A stretch of 64,000 nucleotides of DNA from Alphaproteobacteria bacterium (lineage in GTDB: Bacteria; Pseudomonadota; Alphaproteobacteria; UBA6615), in contig OZ253937.1 of NCBI GenBank assembly GCA_965267185.1, forward strand, positions 194,923 through 258,922. Reading direction: 5' to 3'. Made by a program: the position numbers and the translations under genes. Position 1 is the first letter of the stretch, and every line of letters starts with the position of its first letter. The notes under the pieces were generated by a model. That model searched no databases and was not told the DNA's origin. It saw only the letters and a list, made by a program, of their open reading frames with translations. This document shows, one piece after another, positions 9,510 to 19,145 of the stretch.

Positions 9510-10112
9510 GTGTTTAAACTACTCGCCGTCATTGCGGCCGCCTTCGTTTTGCTCGCCGCGGCGCCGCTGCCTGCCGCCGCCGATTTCGGCGACGGGGCGA
9601 TCGCCGCGCATAACGGCGATCATAAAACGGCGATGAAGGAATGGCTGCCGCTGGCCGAAGACGGCCATGTTAAGGCGCAATATGCCGTCGGCGCGCTGTT
9701 TGCCGAGGGCCTCGGCACCCGGCAAAGCCTCAAAAAAGCGTTCCGCTGGTGGGAAAAGGCGGCCGAGCAGGAACATGCCGGCGCCCAGTACAATATTGCG
9801 GTGATGTATAGGGACGGCCTGGGCGTGCGAAAAAGCACCAAGAAGGCCCACGAATGGCTCAATCGTGCGGCCAAGCTCGGCAATACCGACGCCCATGTTC
9901 AGTTGAGCCGTGCTTACCGCGACGGCACCGGCGTCGAGCAGGATCCCCTCATTTCTTACATGTGGCTCGAGATCGCCCAGCTCAGTGGCCGCGCTTCGGT
10001 CACTCGGTCGCTCGAATCGATGGCAGCGAGCCTACCGGGCGATCAAGTGGCCGAGGCGAAGGCCCGCGCGCACGCCTGGATCAGCGAGAACCCGGTCCCG
10101 CCGTCGCAATAG
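9510..10112 (+). CDS. Exported Sel1-repeat (TPR-like) protein
   Basis: Signal peptide ending PAAA-DF; repeats AQYAVGALFAEGLG, AQYNIAVMYRDGLG, AHVQLSRAYRDGTG; GTG start with GGAG RBS (ORF open from 9417). Confidence 0.85.
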   Translation: MFKLLAVIAAAFVLLAAAPLPAAADFGDGAIAAHNGDHKTAMKEWLPLAEDGHVKAQYAVGALFAEGLGTRQSLKKAFRWWEKAAEQEHAGAQYNIAVMYRDGLGVRKSTKKAHEWLNRAAKLGNTDAHVQLSRAYRDGTGVEQDPLISYMWLEIAQLSGRASVTRSLESMAASLPGDQVAEAKARAHAWISENPVPPSQ

Positions 10113-10140
10113 TTGCCGATGCCTTTATCGCTGCTGCGGC

Positions 10141-10476
10141 TCAGCTTTTGAATTCGATTTCGTAGCCGATGATGTCGGTGTCGCCGGTGTTGACTGCGTT
10201 GTGCTCGACCGGCGCCTTGTACGACGAAGTTGTGCCGGGCAAGTACTCGAAATCTTTGCTGGTGCCGTCGGCGAAGTTGGAGGTCAGCGTGCCCTTCGAC
10301 AGCCGCACCACTGTGTAATCGAACTCGTGCTTGTGCCAGCCGGTCTGCTCGCCGGGTTTGATCACGTAATGGATGATGCGTGAGCGCTCGTCCTCGTGCA
10401 GCACCACATGGGGCGCGGCGGTACGGTCGTCGGCCATGGCGGTGTAGGACTTGGCGGTAGCGGTTGCGGTCGTCAT
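10141..10476 (-). CDS. Small cupin, BauB-like
   Basis: PGEQTGWHKHEFDY and APVEHNAVN cupin motifs. Confidence 0.88.
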   Translation of the reverse strand: MTTATATAKSYTAMADDRTAAPHVVLHEDERSRIIHYVIKPGEQTGWHKHEFDYTVVRLSKGTLTSNFADGTSKDFEYLPGTTSSYKAPVEHNAVNTGDTDIIGYEIEFKS

Positions 10477-10549
10477 TTTTATTCCCCCGTTCTTGGTCGC
10501 ATACAGCGATAAGCGATCATATCAGCCGGCCGTACCGGCGCAACGGCCG

Positions 10550-11518
10550 TTACATCCGTAGCAATTTCTCCGCGTTGCCGTGGAGGATCTTGGCCTTGTC
10601 CTCGGCGTTGAGCATCAAGCGCTCCATCCACGCCGGCCCGGGCTCGTTGGGCACGAACGGGTAGTCGATGGCGAACAGCGTGCGGTCGGCGCCCATCTCC
10701 TGGATGCAGCACAACAGCGCCGGATCGGAGAAAAACCCGCTGGTGGTGATATAGAAGTGGGAGCAGAAGGCATCGCGGAAGGCCACCCCGTCATTGCCCG
10801 GCCGGTTCACCGCCATGTCGATGCGCCACAGCAGAAACGGCAAAGTCTCGCCCAGATGGCCGAGGATGATCTTCACGTCGGGATATTTGTCCAGCACGCC
10901 GGATAAAACGATGCGGATACCCGCCGTCGCGGTCTCCATGGTGAAGCCCCAGCCGGCATTGAGGATGCCAGGAAACTTTTCCGCGTAGTCGCGCAGATAG
11001 ATGTCGACCACGCCGGGGTGGGGGTTTGCCGGATGGATATAAAGCGGCACGTCGAGCGCTTGGGCGCGTTCGTAGATCGGCCAGAACTGTTCCTTGTCGA
11101 AGAAGTGCTCGCCGCCGGTAAGGCCGTGGATCATCGCGCCTTTCATGCCCAGCTTGTCGACCGCGCGCTCCAGCTCGTCGGCTGAGGCTTCGGGGTCGGC
11201 CGTGGGCAGGGCGGCGAACCCGGCGAAGCGGTCGGGATGGACCGAGACTAGTTCGGCCAGCCGGTCGTTGGCGCCCGCCGCCACCTTGACCGCGGTCTCG
11301 GCGTCCATACGCTGGGTCGAGGGTGCCCCGTGGGACAGCACCTGAACATCGATACCGCATTCGTCCATCGATTCGAGCCGCGCGTTGCCGACATCTTCGA
11401 GCTTATCGCGGACGAATCCGCCGGTGCGCGCATCGATGCCTTTGAACTCTGCGACCACGTCGCTATCGTAATAATGCTCCTCGATGGCAATCACGCGCTG
11501 ATCGTTCAGGATCGTCAT
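10550..11518 (-). CDS. Amidohydrolase-2 family protein (hydroxybenzoate decarboxylase/ACMSD-like)
   Basis: IAIEEH, VPLYIHP, ILGHLGETLPF, YITTSG, FAIDYPF; ATG at 11518 with G-rich RBS. Confidence 0.9.
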   Translation of the reverse strand: MTILNDQRVIAIEEHYYDSDVVAEFKGIDARTGGFVRDKLEDVGNARLESMDECGIDVQVLSHGAPSTQRMDAETAVKVAAGANDRLAELVSVHPDRFAGFAALPTADPEASADELERAVDKLGMKGAMIHGLTGGEHFFDKEQFWPIYERAQALDVPLYIHPANPHPGVVDIYLRDYAEKFPGILNAGWGFTMETATAGIRIVLSGVLDKYPDVKIILGHLGETLPFLLWRIDMAVNRPGNDGVAFRDAFCSHFYITTSGFFSDPALLCCIQEMGADRTLFAIDYPFVPNEPGPAWMERLMLNAEDKAKILHGNAEKLLRM

Positions 11519-11625
11519 GTTTCTCCCCCTTTTATGCGGTCCTCTTTCGCTAGGCGAATACATAAGTATCCCCCGTCGGCGCGGTGGCCGCAACGCGGTG
11601 GGAGCAGCAATTCCAGAGCGCTACC

Positions 11626-12678
11626 TCACGCAATCGCGGGTTCGTCGGCAATTTCCGAGGTGATTCCAGCCTCGTAGGCTTCCGAAAGGTCCGATGGGTC
11701 GAGGGAGAGCGCGTTTACTTTAGTGCCCTCAAGGCGGCCAATATGAAACAAAGCATCGCCTTCATGTACCAACGGGAGATTTGTGCGACCGATCAATACT
11801 CCCTCGGCATGGGCTGTCACTTCGATTTCGTTGCGGCCGAACGGATCGGTTATCAATCCCAGGAGCGCTCCTTTTTTCACCGGTTTGCCGAGTTTAACAA
11901 TCGCACGTAGAACGCCGCTCTGGGGTGCGCGGACCCAGGTGCTGGAACGCAGGACCGCCGGCGTCACGCCCTGCTTGCGGGATTTTCGCGACGGCAGCAT
12001 CTCAAGCGTCCGCATGGACCGGACAACGCTGTTCACGCCGCTGCGGATGACCAACTCGTCGAAGCGTAACGCTTCGCCACCCTCGTAGACGAGGACCGGC
12101 ACGCCAATATCGGCAGCCGCGCCACGTAAACTACCATCGCGAAACCCAGCGTTGATCAAAACCGGTACGCCGGATGCCCGCGCTAGGTGCTCGAGGTCGG
12201 GGTCATCCAGGTTAGCGCGAATTTGCGGAAAGTTATCACGGTGCGCCGCCGCAGTGTGGAGGTCGATTCCGTGGGTAGACTTAGCAACAATTTCTTCCAT
12301 GAAGACATGGGCAAGGCGGGCCGCCAGCGAACCGCTCGACCGTCCAGGGAAGCTCCGGTTTAGGTCCCGCCCGTCCGGCAGGTAACGGGAGTTCGATAGA
12401 AAACCGAACACGTTGACAATCGGCACGGCGATCAGGGTGCCGCGGATGCGCCGCAGCGCGCTCAAGCTCATCAGGCGGCGGATAATCTCGACGCCGTTGA
12501 TTTCGTCGCCGTGGATCGCAGCACAAACGAACAGGACCGGACCGTTCTTCCGGCCGTGAATGATATGAACTGGCATGTTGATCGGCGTATGCGTCGACAG
12601 ATCCATAATGGGAATCTCGACGATCCGGTTTTCGCCGGCGTGAACTTCTACACCGCCAATCGTAATGGAAGGGCGCAC
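11626..12678 (-). CDS. Succinylglutamate desuccinylase/aspartoacylase family (M14-like Zn peptidase)
   Basis: AIHGDEING, RDLNRSFPG, IDLHT, YEGGE; lies directly after rimK. Confidence 0.9.
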   Translation of the reverse strand: MRPSITIGGVEVHAGENRIVEIPIMDLSTHTPINMPVHIIHGRKNGPVLFVCAAIHGDEINGVEIIRRLMSLSALRRIRGTLIAVPIVNVFGFLSNSRYLPDGRDLNRSFPGRSSGSLAARLAHVFMEEIVAKSTHGIDLHTAAAHRDNFPQIRANLDDPDLEHLARASGVPVLINAGFRDGSLRGAAADIGVPVLVYEGGEALRFDELVIRSGVNSVVRSMRTLEMLPSRKSRKQGVTPAVLRSSTWVRAPQSGVLRAIVKLGKPVKKGALLGLITDPFGRNEIEVTAHAEGVLIGRTNLPLVHEGDALFHIGRLEGTKVNALSLDPSDLSEAYEAGITSEIADEPAIA

Positions 12679-12680
12679 GG

Positions 12681-13586
12681 CTAACCTTTACCCCGCGTCC
12701 GGGTCTTGTTTGGCTTCGCGTTTTTCTCCAGAAATTCGATAACCTTGCCGGCGACGTCGATGCCGGTTGCGGTCTCGACGCCTTCGAGGCCCGGCGAAGA
12801 GTTCACCTCCATGACAACCGGTCCATGGTTGGCCCGCAGAAGATCGACACCGCACACATTCAGTCCCATGATATTGGCCGCGCGGACCGCCGTAGAGCGT
12901 TCCTCGGGAGTGATTTTCACTTTTTCTGCACTGCCGCCGCGGTGCAGATTTGAGCGAAAGTCTCCATCGGCGCCCTTGCGCACCATCGACGCTACCACTC
13001 TGTCTCCGACAACGAGACACCTGATATCTTGATTGCCCGCTTCCTCGATGAATTCTTGCACCAGGATATTGGCTTTTAGACCACCGAATGCCTGGATCAT
13101 GCTTTTCGCTGCGGCCGGCGTCTCGCCGAGGACGACGCCGATGCCTTGCGTGCCCTCCAAAAGTTTGATGACCACCGGGGCGCCGCCCAGCATCTCGATA
13201 ATGTCATCAGCCTGACTGGTCGAATGAGCAAACACGGAAACCGGCAAGCCGATACCGCGGCGCGCTAGTAGTTGCATGCTTCTGAGCTTGTCACGGGAGC
13301 GGCTAATGGCGACCGACTCGTTGAGAGGGTAAACGCCCATCACTTCGAACTGGCGCAACACGGCAGTACCGAAAAAAGTCACTGAAGCGCCGATGCGGGG
13401 AATGACGGCATCGTAACCTTCCAATTTCTCGCCTCTATAACGCAGCTCCGGCCGATGCGAGGCGATGTTGATGTAAACGCGCAGGGTGTCGATAACATCG
13501 ATCTCATGCCCTCGCGTCTCGGCAGCCTCAACAAGGCGTTTGTGAGAGTACAGATCCGGATTGCGGGCCAACATCGCGATCCTCAT
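12681..13586 (-). CDS. rimK: Ribosomal protein S6 glutamyl ligase / poly-alpha-glutamate ATP-grasp ligase RimK
   Basis: [54 protein letters not shown]. Confidence 0.96.
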   Translation of the reverse strand: MRIAMLARNPDLYSHKRLVEAAETRGHEIDVIDTLRVYINIASHRPELRYRGEKLEGYDAVIPRIGASVTFFGTAVLRQFEVMGVYPLNESVAISRSRDKLRSMQLLARRGIGLPVSVFAHSTSQADDIIEMLGGAPVVIKLLEGTQGIGVVLGETPAAAKSMIQAFGGLKANILVQEFIEEAGNQDIRCLVVGDRVVASMVRKGADGDFRSNLHRGGSAEKVKITPEERSTAVRAANIMGLNVCGVDLLRANHGPVVMEVNSSPGLEGVETATGIDVAGKVIEFLEKNAKPNKTRTRGKG

Positions 13587-14053
13587 GCCGGTATATCCTT
13601 TGTCTTCTTTTTTCGTGTTCGTTTTTCGGCGGACATCTTGTAGGAGGAACCCGGGTCAACAACGAACCGGTTTCGCAAGGCTTGCCGGCCTAGCAGCATC
13701 CGAAAACTCATCTCGTCACGATTGGTAAGAGTGATCTCGATTGGCCACTGGCGATCGCCGATCTGCACGTCGGTTTCAATGACGTAGCGATGCTCCGGTT
13801 CGCCATTTGAGCTAATAACGGTTCGCTCGCCGATTAGCCGTGCTTCGCATAATACTTCCGGCCGCCGCCGCCGTTGCAGCGGATGCACATAGAACCGTAC
13901 AAACCGCTTTCCTTTTCGCCGAAATCGTTTGACTTCATAGGCGTGCAGCGCCGATGTCCGCGCGCCGGTATCGATTTTGGTTTTAATCGCGTCGATGCCC
14001 AAGCCGGGCAACGCGACCCATTCCCGCCAACCGATTGTAGGCTTCTTTCTCAT
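13583..14053 (-). CDS. RimK-associated retropepsin-like protease (RimB of Pseudomonas rimABK; 'ATP-dependent zinc protease' family)
   Basis: [34 protein letters not shown]; stop overlaps the rimK ATG; alternative GTG start at 14065. Confidence 0.9.
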   Translation of the reverse strand: MRKKPTIGWREWVALPGLGIDAIKTKIDTGARTSALHAYEVKRFRRKGKRFVRFYVHPLQRRRRPEVLCEARLIGERTVISSNGEPEHRYVIETDVQIGDRQWPIEITLTNRDEMSFRMLLGRQALRNRFVVDPGSSYKMSAEKRTRKKKTKDIPA

Positions 14054-14103
14054 TGGATGCCGCACATATTGATTTGGTAGCGATGAAGTTTAGACAATCA
14101 CGC

Positions 14104-14409
14104 TTAGTGTCGGGTTCCCGAACCGGTCAATTGCGCTATCGTGGTATCGCTGACTCGCCGATAGCTGCTGAAGGTGCGCTGAGCTAGCACTACGAAATAA
14201 GTCTCGAGATCGACAAGCACAAAGCCCAGCTCGAATAGTTCCTCGCTTATTTTTTGCACGACCTCCCTGGTCACCCGCCGCCGGCCGGTGAGGGCGCGCA
14301 TATGCTTCATCGAAACCCGGTAGCGACCCCGATCCTTTCCGGCAAAGCTCTGTTCATAGAGTTCGGCCAAATCTTGAGCGATCTGGCTTTCGCTGCGCCT
14401 TGTCGCCAT
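14104..14409 (-). CDS. Hypothetical 101-aa basic protein heading the rimK cassette
   Basis: Clean ORF with AAGGGG RBS, co-oriented with the rimK genes; no family recognised. Confidence 0.75.
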   Translation of the reverse strand: MATRRSESQIAQDLAELYEQSFAGKDRGRYRVSMKHMRALTGRRRVTREVVQKISEELFELGFVLVDLETYFVVLAQRTFSSYRRVSDTTIAQLTGSGTRH

Positions 14410-14432
14410 ATTCCCCTTCCTGATTGGGATAC

Positions 14433-14496
14433 CCTATATAGTAAAAAATATTATATATAGGATAAGAAATATTAATTATATAATGAAAAATGTTTA
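14433..14496. promoter_or_regulatory. Very AT-rich divergent promoter region with three direct repeats and an inverted repeat
   Basis: TATATAGTAAAAAATATTA / TATATAGGATAAGAAATATTA / TATATAATGAAAAATGTTTA; inverted repeat CCTATATA-N13-TATATAGG. Confidence 0.55.
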
Positions 14497-14607
14497 TTTT
14501 GCCACCGCGTAGCCTTTCCGGCGGCCCTTGTGGTCTTTTTTGTACGCACAAGGATGACGGCCCTTCGCGTTACCAGTAAGCTGCGCCAAAACAAGGGGGA
14601 AGCACCG

Positions 14608-14937
14608 ATGTCGACCAAATTAATGGACAAAACCGCGGCGCAAGCGGCCGACCGGCAGATCGGCAAGTTCGACCTGTTGCACGAAGACGAGCGCACCCGG
14701 ATCACCCATTGGGTCATCAAGCCCGGCGAGCAAACCGGCTGGCATCTGCACGACTACGACTATGTGACCGTTCAGCAATCGACGGGCCGTCTGTTCCTCG
14801 AGAACGCCGATGGGTCGACCCGCGAGGTCGACTACAGCCCCGGAACGGCGCACGCGATCTCCGCGCCGGTCGAGCACAACGCGATCAACGTCGGCGATGT
14901 CGATATCGTCGTGCTGGAGATCGAGTACAAAGCGTAA
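14608..14937 (+). CDS. Small cupin, BauB-like; paralog of 10141-10476
   Basis: LHEDER, VIKPGEQTGWH and APVEHNA shared with the other cupin; AAGGGGGA RBS before ATG 14608. Confidence 0.88.
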   Translation: MSTKLMDKTAAQAADRQIGKFDLLHEDERTRITHWVIKPGEQTGWHLHDYDYVTVQQSTGRLFLENADGSTREVDYSPGTAHAISAPVEHNAINVGDVDIVVLEIEYKA

Positions 14938-14989
14938 CCTTTACGCCGTGGCGCGGTGCCGCGGTATTCGCAACATTAGGAAACCAGGT

Positions 14990-15397
14990 ATGAGCATCAG
15001 TCCCGATGACCTCGTCGGCGTGTGGACGTTGGAGACCACCTACACCGAAGACCAGGACGGCAAACAAGTAATGATCATGGGCGATAACCCGCAAGGCCGG
15101 ATCATGTACACCGCCGATGGCTATATGTCTGCAATGACCGGGCAGGGGGAGCGCCAGTTGCCCGCGAACGCGAGCGACGCCGATAAGGCCGCCGCCTTCG
15201 ATAGCTTCATGAGCTATTCCGGGCGCTGGTCGCTGAGCGGCAATGTCGTGCGCCATGAGATCGACCATGCCACCGATCCCAACTGGGTCGGCGGCACGCG
15301 CGAGCGCACCATCGACCACCAGGGCGACCGTATGGTGTTTTCCGGCCTCGGTCCCGATGGCGTCACCAACGCGGTTATCATCTGGCAGCGCGCCTGA
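14990..15397 (+). CDS. Lipocalin-like domain protein (Lipocalin_5 type)
   Basis: LVGVWTL, MGDNPQGRIMYTADGYMSA, SYSGRW, PNWVG. Confidence 0.82.
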   Translation: MSISPDDLVGVWTLETTYTEDQDGKQVMIMGDNPQGRIMYTADGYMSAMTGQGERQLPANASDADKAAAFDSFMSYSGRWSLSGNVVRHEIDHATDPNWVGGTRERTIDHQGDRMVFSGLGPDGVTNAVIIWQRA

Positions 15398-15448
15398 GCG
15401 CTGAGTTGATTTGCGTCGGCGGGCGGTTTCCGGCTCTCATAGGCCGTG

Positions 15449-16612
15449 ATGAGAAACCGCAATTTCAGAGCGCGGATGGTGCCGGTGCTGTGCGCTTTTC
15501 TCGCCGCCGCCATGTCGCTGACCGGCGGCGCCCTGGCCGAGCCCGCCGCGCCGTCTTATCCGCGCAATCCGGCGCTGGCCGATCTGCCCCAGGGCAGGTG
15601 GGTGAAAATTCACCAGCAGCAGCCCGGCGACGCGGTGACGTTCCGCCGCCAGCGCCATGGTGGCAGCGCCTTCGATACGCGCCGCGGCCAGCTCGTGCTG
15701 TTCGGCAGCGATACCCATGACCACCCGGATATCGACTGGCTGAACAGCCCGCTGATCTTCGATATGAACCGGCTGACTTGGGATCAGCCCTATCCCGCCG
15801 ACCCGGTATCGAGCTACCGGGTGAATGCAGATGGCTTGCCGGTCGCCGGTCCGAACGGGGACCGCCCCTGGGCGATGCACACCTTCGGTGCCGTCGCCTA
15901 CGATCCAGTAGCCGATGCGGTCGTCGTCGCCAGCTATCCGGCTCATCTGGTGCCCGGCCGTTTCACATCGGTGCTTGAGTCGGCGTGGCCGCAGGTCGAG
16001 CGGCACCCGACCTGGTTGTGGCACCCGGAGTCACAGCGGTGGGAAGCGCTCGCCGGCAAAGCGCCCCATTTTTTCACCCGCGCCATCGTCTATGACGACC
16101 GGCGCAAAGCCGTTCTGGGGTATCGCGGCGATGGCGTTTACACCCTGGATACGGCGAGCGGACGCTGGCAGCGGATCGCCAAGGGCAGCCTGCTCGGCTG
16201 GGGCAGCAACGCCGCGTTCGATAGCGATAACGGCGTGCTTCTCGCCTTTGGCAGCCACCGAAAGGGAAACGACATCGTCGCCTACAATCCTGCCGCCGGT
16301 CTTCACCGCACGATGCCGGCCGCCGGGCCGCGCCCGGCCGGTAACAACTATGTTCCGATGGCGTTTCACCGTGGCATTGGACGCACTATCGCGCTCGTCG
16401 ATAGCGCATCCGGCGATGCGGCCGAGACCTGGCAGTACGATTACGCCAGCGACGCCTGGACCCATCTCGAGCTTGCTGGCCTGCCGTTTGAAATCCGCAT
16501 GAACTACAATCTGGAATTCGATCCGGTGCACGAGCTATTGCTCCTGGTCGCGACGGCGCCCGGCGAAACGTTGCCGGCGGTCTGGGCGCTCAATTTCGGC
16601 GAGGCCGGGTAG
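15449..16612 (+). CDS. Secreted Kelch-like beta-propeller protein
   Basis: Signal peptide (..GGALA-EP); repeated AYDP/AFDS...W blade motifs. Confidence 0.72.
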   Translation: MRNRNFRARMVPVLCAFLAAAMSLTGGALAEPAAPSYPRNPALADLPQGRWVKIHQQQPGDAVTFRRQRHGGSAFDTRRGQLVLFGSDTHDHPDIDWLNSPLIFDMNRLTWDQPYPADPVSSYRVNADGLPVAGPNGDRPWAMHTFGAVAYDPVADAVVVASYPAHLVPGRFTSVLESAWPQVERHPTWLWHPESQRWEALAGKAPHFFTRAIVYDDRRKAVLGYRGDGVYTLDTASGRWQRIAKGSLLGWGSNAAFDSDNGVLLAFGSHRKGNDIVAYNPAAGLHRTMPAAGPRPAGNNYVPMAFHRGIGRTIALVDSASGDAAETWQYDYASDAWTHLELAGLPFEIRMNYNLEFDPVHELLLLVATAPGETLPAVWALNFGEAG

Positions 16613-18343
16613 ATGTTCGGGCCTGCCGTATCGGGTATCGCACGGCTGGTGATCCTGGGTTTTACCGTGTCAGCGGGTGCGGCTGCCGCCGATACAGCAT
16701 CACAACCCGGTCTTGTCGTGCCCGAACCGGCGACCCAAACGGCGTTGGCGGTGCGCTGGCCGGTTACCGGCGACAGCAACGGCAACGCCAGGGTCGCCGT
16801 GTCGTACCGCCGGCAGGGGGAGACCACATTGCAATCGGGCCATAACCTGTTTCGCCCCCATCCCGTCCATGTGTCGCCCGAGAACCTCGTGCCGGGGGGC
16901 CGGCTGTTCGCCGGCAGCATCGTCGGTTTGCAGCCGGGGAGCCGTTATGAGATCAAGCTCATCCTCGACGATCCCGATGGCGGCTCGGCGCAGCGCACCT
17001 TGTCGCTGGAGACGCAGGCCGAGCCGGCCTTGCCGGCGAATATGCGCGAACGTTTCGTGCGGCCGCGCCGTCCCGGCGAGACCGGCGGCGGCGGCGGCAC
17101 GCGCGGCGACCCGATCCGCGGTATCGCCACGGCGGCGCGGATCGCCGAGGCGGGCGATCTCATCCTGCTTCTGCCGGGGGTTTATTCCGGCAGCAACATT
17201 CGCACGCGGGACGGCGCGCCCGGTGCGCAAATCGCCTTCCGCGGCGTCGGCGAGGCGATTATCGACGGTGGCGGCAACCGGCGCGTGTTCGATATTCGCG
17301 GGCGCAGCCACCTGTGGTTCGAAAACCTGACACTGCGCAATGCGAGCATCTTGGTCGACGCCGGGCAGGCGAACCACATCGTTCTGCGGGCCAACCGGTT
17401 CGAGGTAAAGACATTTGGTATTCGTGCGCATGGGGCGATCTACGATCAGTCGCGCCACATCATGGTATCGGACAACAGCTTCGATGGCGGCATCGCGTGG
17501 CCGCCGTCCAAGCCTTTTCCAAGCGTCTACGCCATCAGCCTTTCCGGGGTCGGCCATGTGGTGCGCCACAACCGCATCCGGCGCGTGCGCGACGGTGTCT
17601 TCAACGGCAATGACGGCAAGCTCTCCGCCAGCGACTTCCACAATAACGACATCGCGCAATGCGCCGACGACGGCATCGAGACCGATCATTCCGATACCAA
17701 TGTGCGGGTGTTCAACAACAGGGTTGTCGATTGTTTTTTCGGCGTCAGCATTCAGCCAGCCCATGGCGGACCCGTCTACGTCTACCGCAACTTCATCTAC
17801 AACGCGCGTTCCTCGCCCTTCAAACTGCACAACCGCACGTCGGGCGTGCTGATCTATCACAACACCTCGGTGCGCCGCGGTTTCCCGTTCGTCATTCAGC
17901 CAGGCGGCGAAACGGTGAACGACGTGGTGACGCGCAACAATTTGTTCATTGGTACGGGTGGTCCGGCCCTCGGCAGCACGGGTCGGATGGTGCGTAGCGA
18001 CTTCGACAATGACGGCTACGCCTGGACGAGCGGTCCCTTTGCCCTGTGGAACGGCCACACCATCCCGTCGATTGCCGCGGCGCGCGGTGGCCAGGGGCCG
18101 TACAGCCATCACGGCGCGATCGGGATCGGCCCGGAGAGCCCGTTTGCGGGGCCGTTATTGCCGCCGAGCGACCGCACAGCGCCGACCGATACCAGTGCGC
18201 TCGACCCCCGGCTGGCGGCGGACGGCGCCGCGGTCGACCGGGGTGTGGCGTTGCGCGGATTCAACGGCGGCTTCAGCGGGCGGGCGCCCGATCTGGGCTG
18301 TTGCGAAGCGGGCGCTCAAGTGCCCCACTACGGGCCGCGGTAG
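16613..18343 (+). CDS. Secreted right-handed parallel beta-helix protein (pectin-lyase-like fold) with N-terminal Fn3-like domain
   Basis: Signal peptide; GDLILLLPGVY cap; Asn-rich strands (VRHNRI, FHNNDI, VFNNRV, VYRNFI); DDGIETD; C-terminal APDLG; ATG abuts the previous stop. Confidence 0.8.
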   Translation: MFGPAVSGIARLVILGFTVSAGAAAADTASQPGLVVPEPATQTALAVRWPVTGDSNGNARVAVSYRRQGETTLQSGHNLFRPHPVHVSPENLVPGGRLFAGSIVGLQPGSRYEIKLILDDPDGGSAQRTLSLETQAEPALPANMRERFVRPRRPGETGGGGGTRGDPIRGIATAARIAEAGDLILLLPGVYSGSNIRTRDGAPGAQIAFRGVGEAIIDGGGNRRVFDIRGRSHLWFENLTLRNASILVDAGQANHIVLRANRFEVKTFGIRAHGAIYDQSRHIMVSDNSFDGGIAWPPSKPFPSVYAISLSGVGHVVRHNRIRRVRDGVFNGNDGKLSASDFHNNDIAQCADDGIETDHSDTNVRVFNNRVVDCFFGVSIQPAHGGPVYVYRNFIYNARSSPFKLHNRTSGVLIYHNTSVRRGFPFVIQPGGETVNDVVTRNNLFIGTGGPALGSTGRMVRSDFDNDGYAWTSGPFALWNGHTIPSIAAARGGQGPYSHHGAIGIGPESPFAGPLLPPSDRTAPTDTSALDPRLAADGAAVDRGVALRGFNGGFSGRAPDLGCCEAGAQVPHYGPR

Positions 18344-18365
18344 CGGGCGGCGGATCGGGGGCCAC

Positions 18366-19136
18366 ATGCAGTATGCGAGAGTTCACGAAGCCAAGGATAA
18401 ACCCGGCCTGAGGCTGGCGTTGACCATGAAGGTGCCGGGGCCGTGGAGCCAATCGGCGAAGTATGTGTTTCAGGTCAAGAATATTCCGTTTGTTCCCGTC
18501 GGCCAGCTCGGCGGCCGCGCCAACGACGAGCTGTTCGCGTGGACCGGCCACCGGAATGCGCCCGTCGCGGTTTATAACGACGAGGTGCCGCGTACCGGCT
18601 GGCAGGAAATCATTATGCTGGCCGAGCGATTGCAACCGGAGCCCGCGCTGTTGCCGGCTCAGCCCGCTGAACGGGACGCGGTGTTCGAGATCATCTCCGA
18701 ACTCGCGGCGGAGCGGGGGTTGGCTTGGATGCGGCGGTTGCAAATGATCGAGGATATGAGCGCACCGGCGGTGGATCCGCGCATGCAGAAAGTCGGCGAC
18801 ACCTTGGATGACCGCTACGGTAAGAGACCCGGCGGCGATGACGCGGTGACCCAACGATGCCTAGATATTCTGGAGATGCTGGCGGCCAAACTGCACGGCC
18901 AGAAAGCGCTAGGCAGCGAATATTTTGTCGGCGAAGGCTTCACGGCGGCGGATCTCTATTGGGCCTGTTTCTCCCAGCTCGTTCGGCCCCTGGAAGAAGC
19001 GGTCAATCCCATGCCGGATTTCATGCGCACGGTGTATATGGCGCGCGAGCCGGTGTTGGCAGCCGTGGACCCCATCCTGATCGAGCACCGGGACATGATC
19101 TATCAGCGCCACTTGGGCCTGCCGTTGGAATTTTAG
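18366..19136 (+). CDS. Glutathione S-transferase-like protein
   Basis: VPGPWSQSAK, TGHRNAPV, YFVGEGFTAADLYWA; the longer upstream ORF extension overlaps the previous gene. Confidence 0.8.
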   Translation: MQYARVHEAKDKPGLRLALTMKVPGPWSQSAKYVFQVKNIPFVPVGQLGGRANDELFAWTGHRNAPVAVYNDEVPRTGWQEIIMLAERLQPEPALLPAQPAERDAVFEIISELAAERGLAWMRRLQMIEDMSAPAVDPRMQKVGDTLDDRYGKRPGGDDAVTQRCLDILEMLAAKLHGQKALGSEYFVGEGFTAADLYWACFSQLVRPLEEAVNPMPDFMRTVYMAREPVLAAVDPILIEHRDMIYQRHLGLPLEF

Positions 19137-19145
19137 CGGAGCCGG

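Noticed and set aside
17949-18365. Long N-terminal extension of the GST-like ORF
   Set aside because: Overlaps the beta-helix gene in another frame; the family-like sequence starts at ATG 18366.
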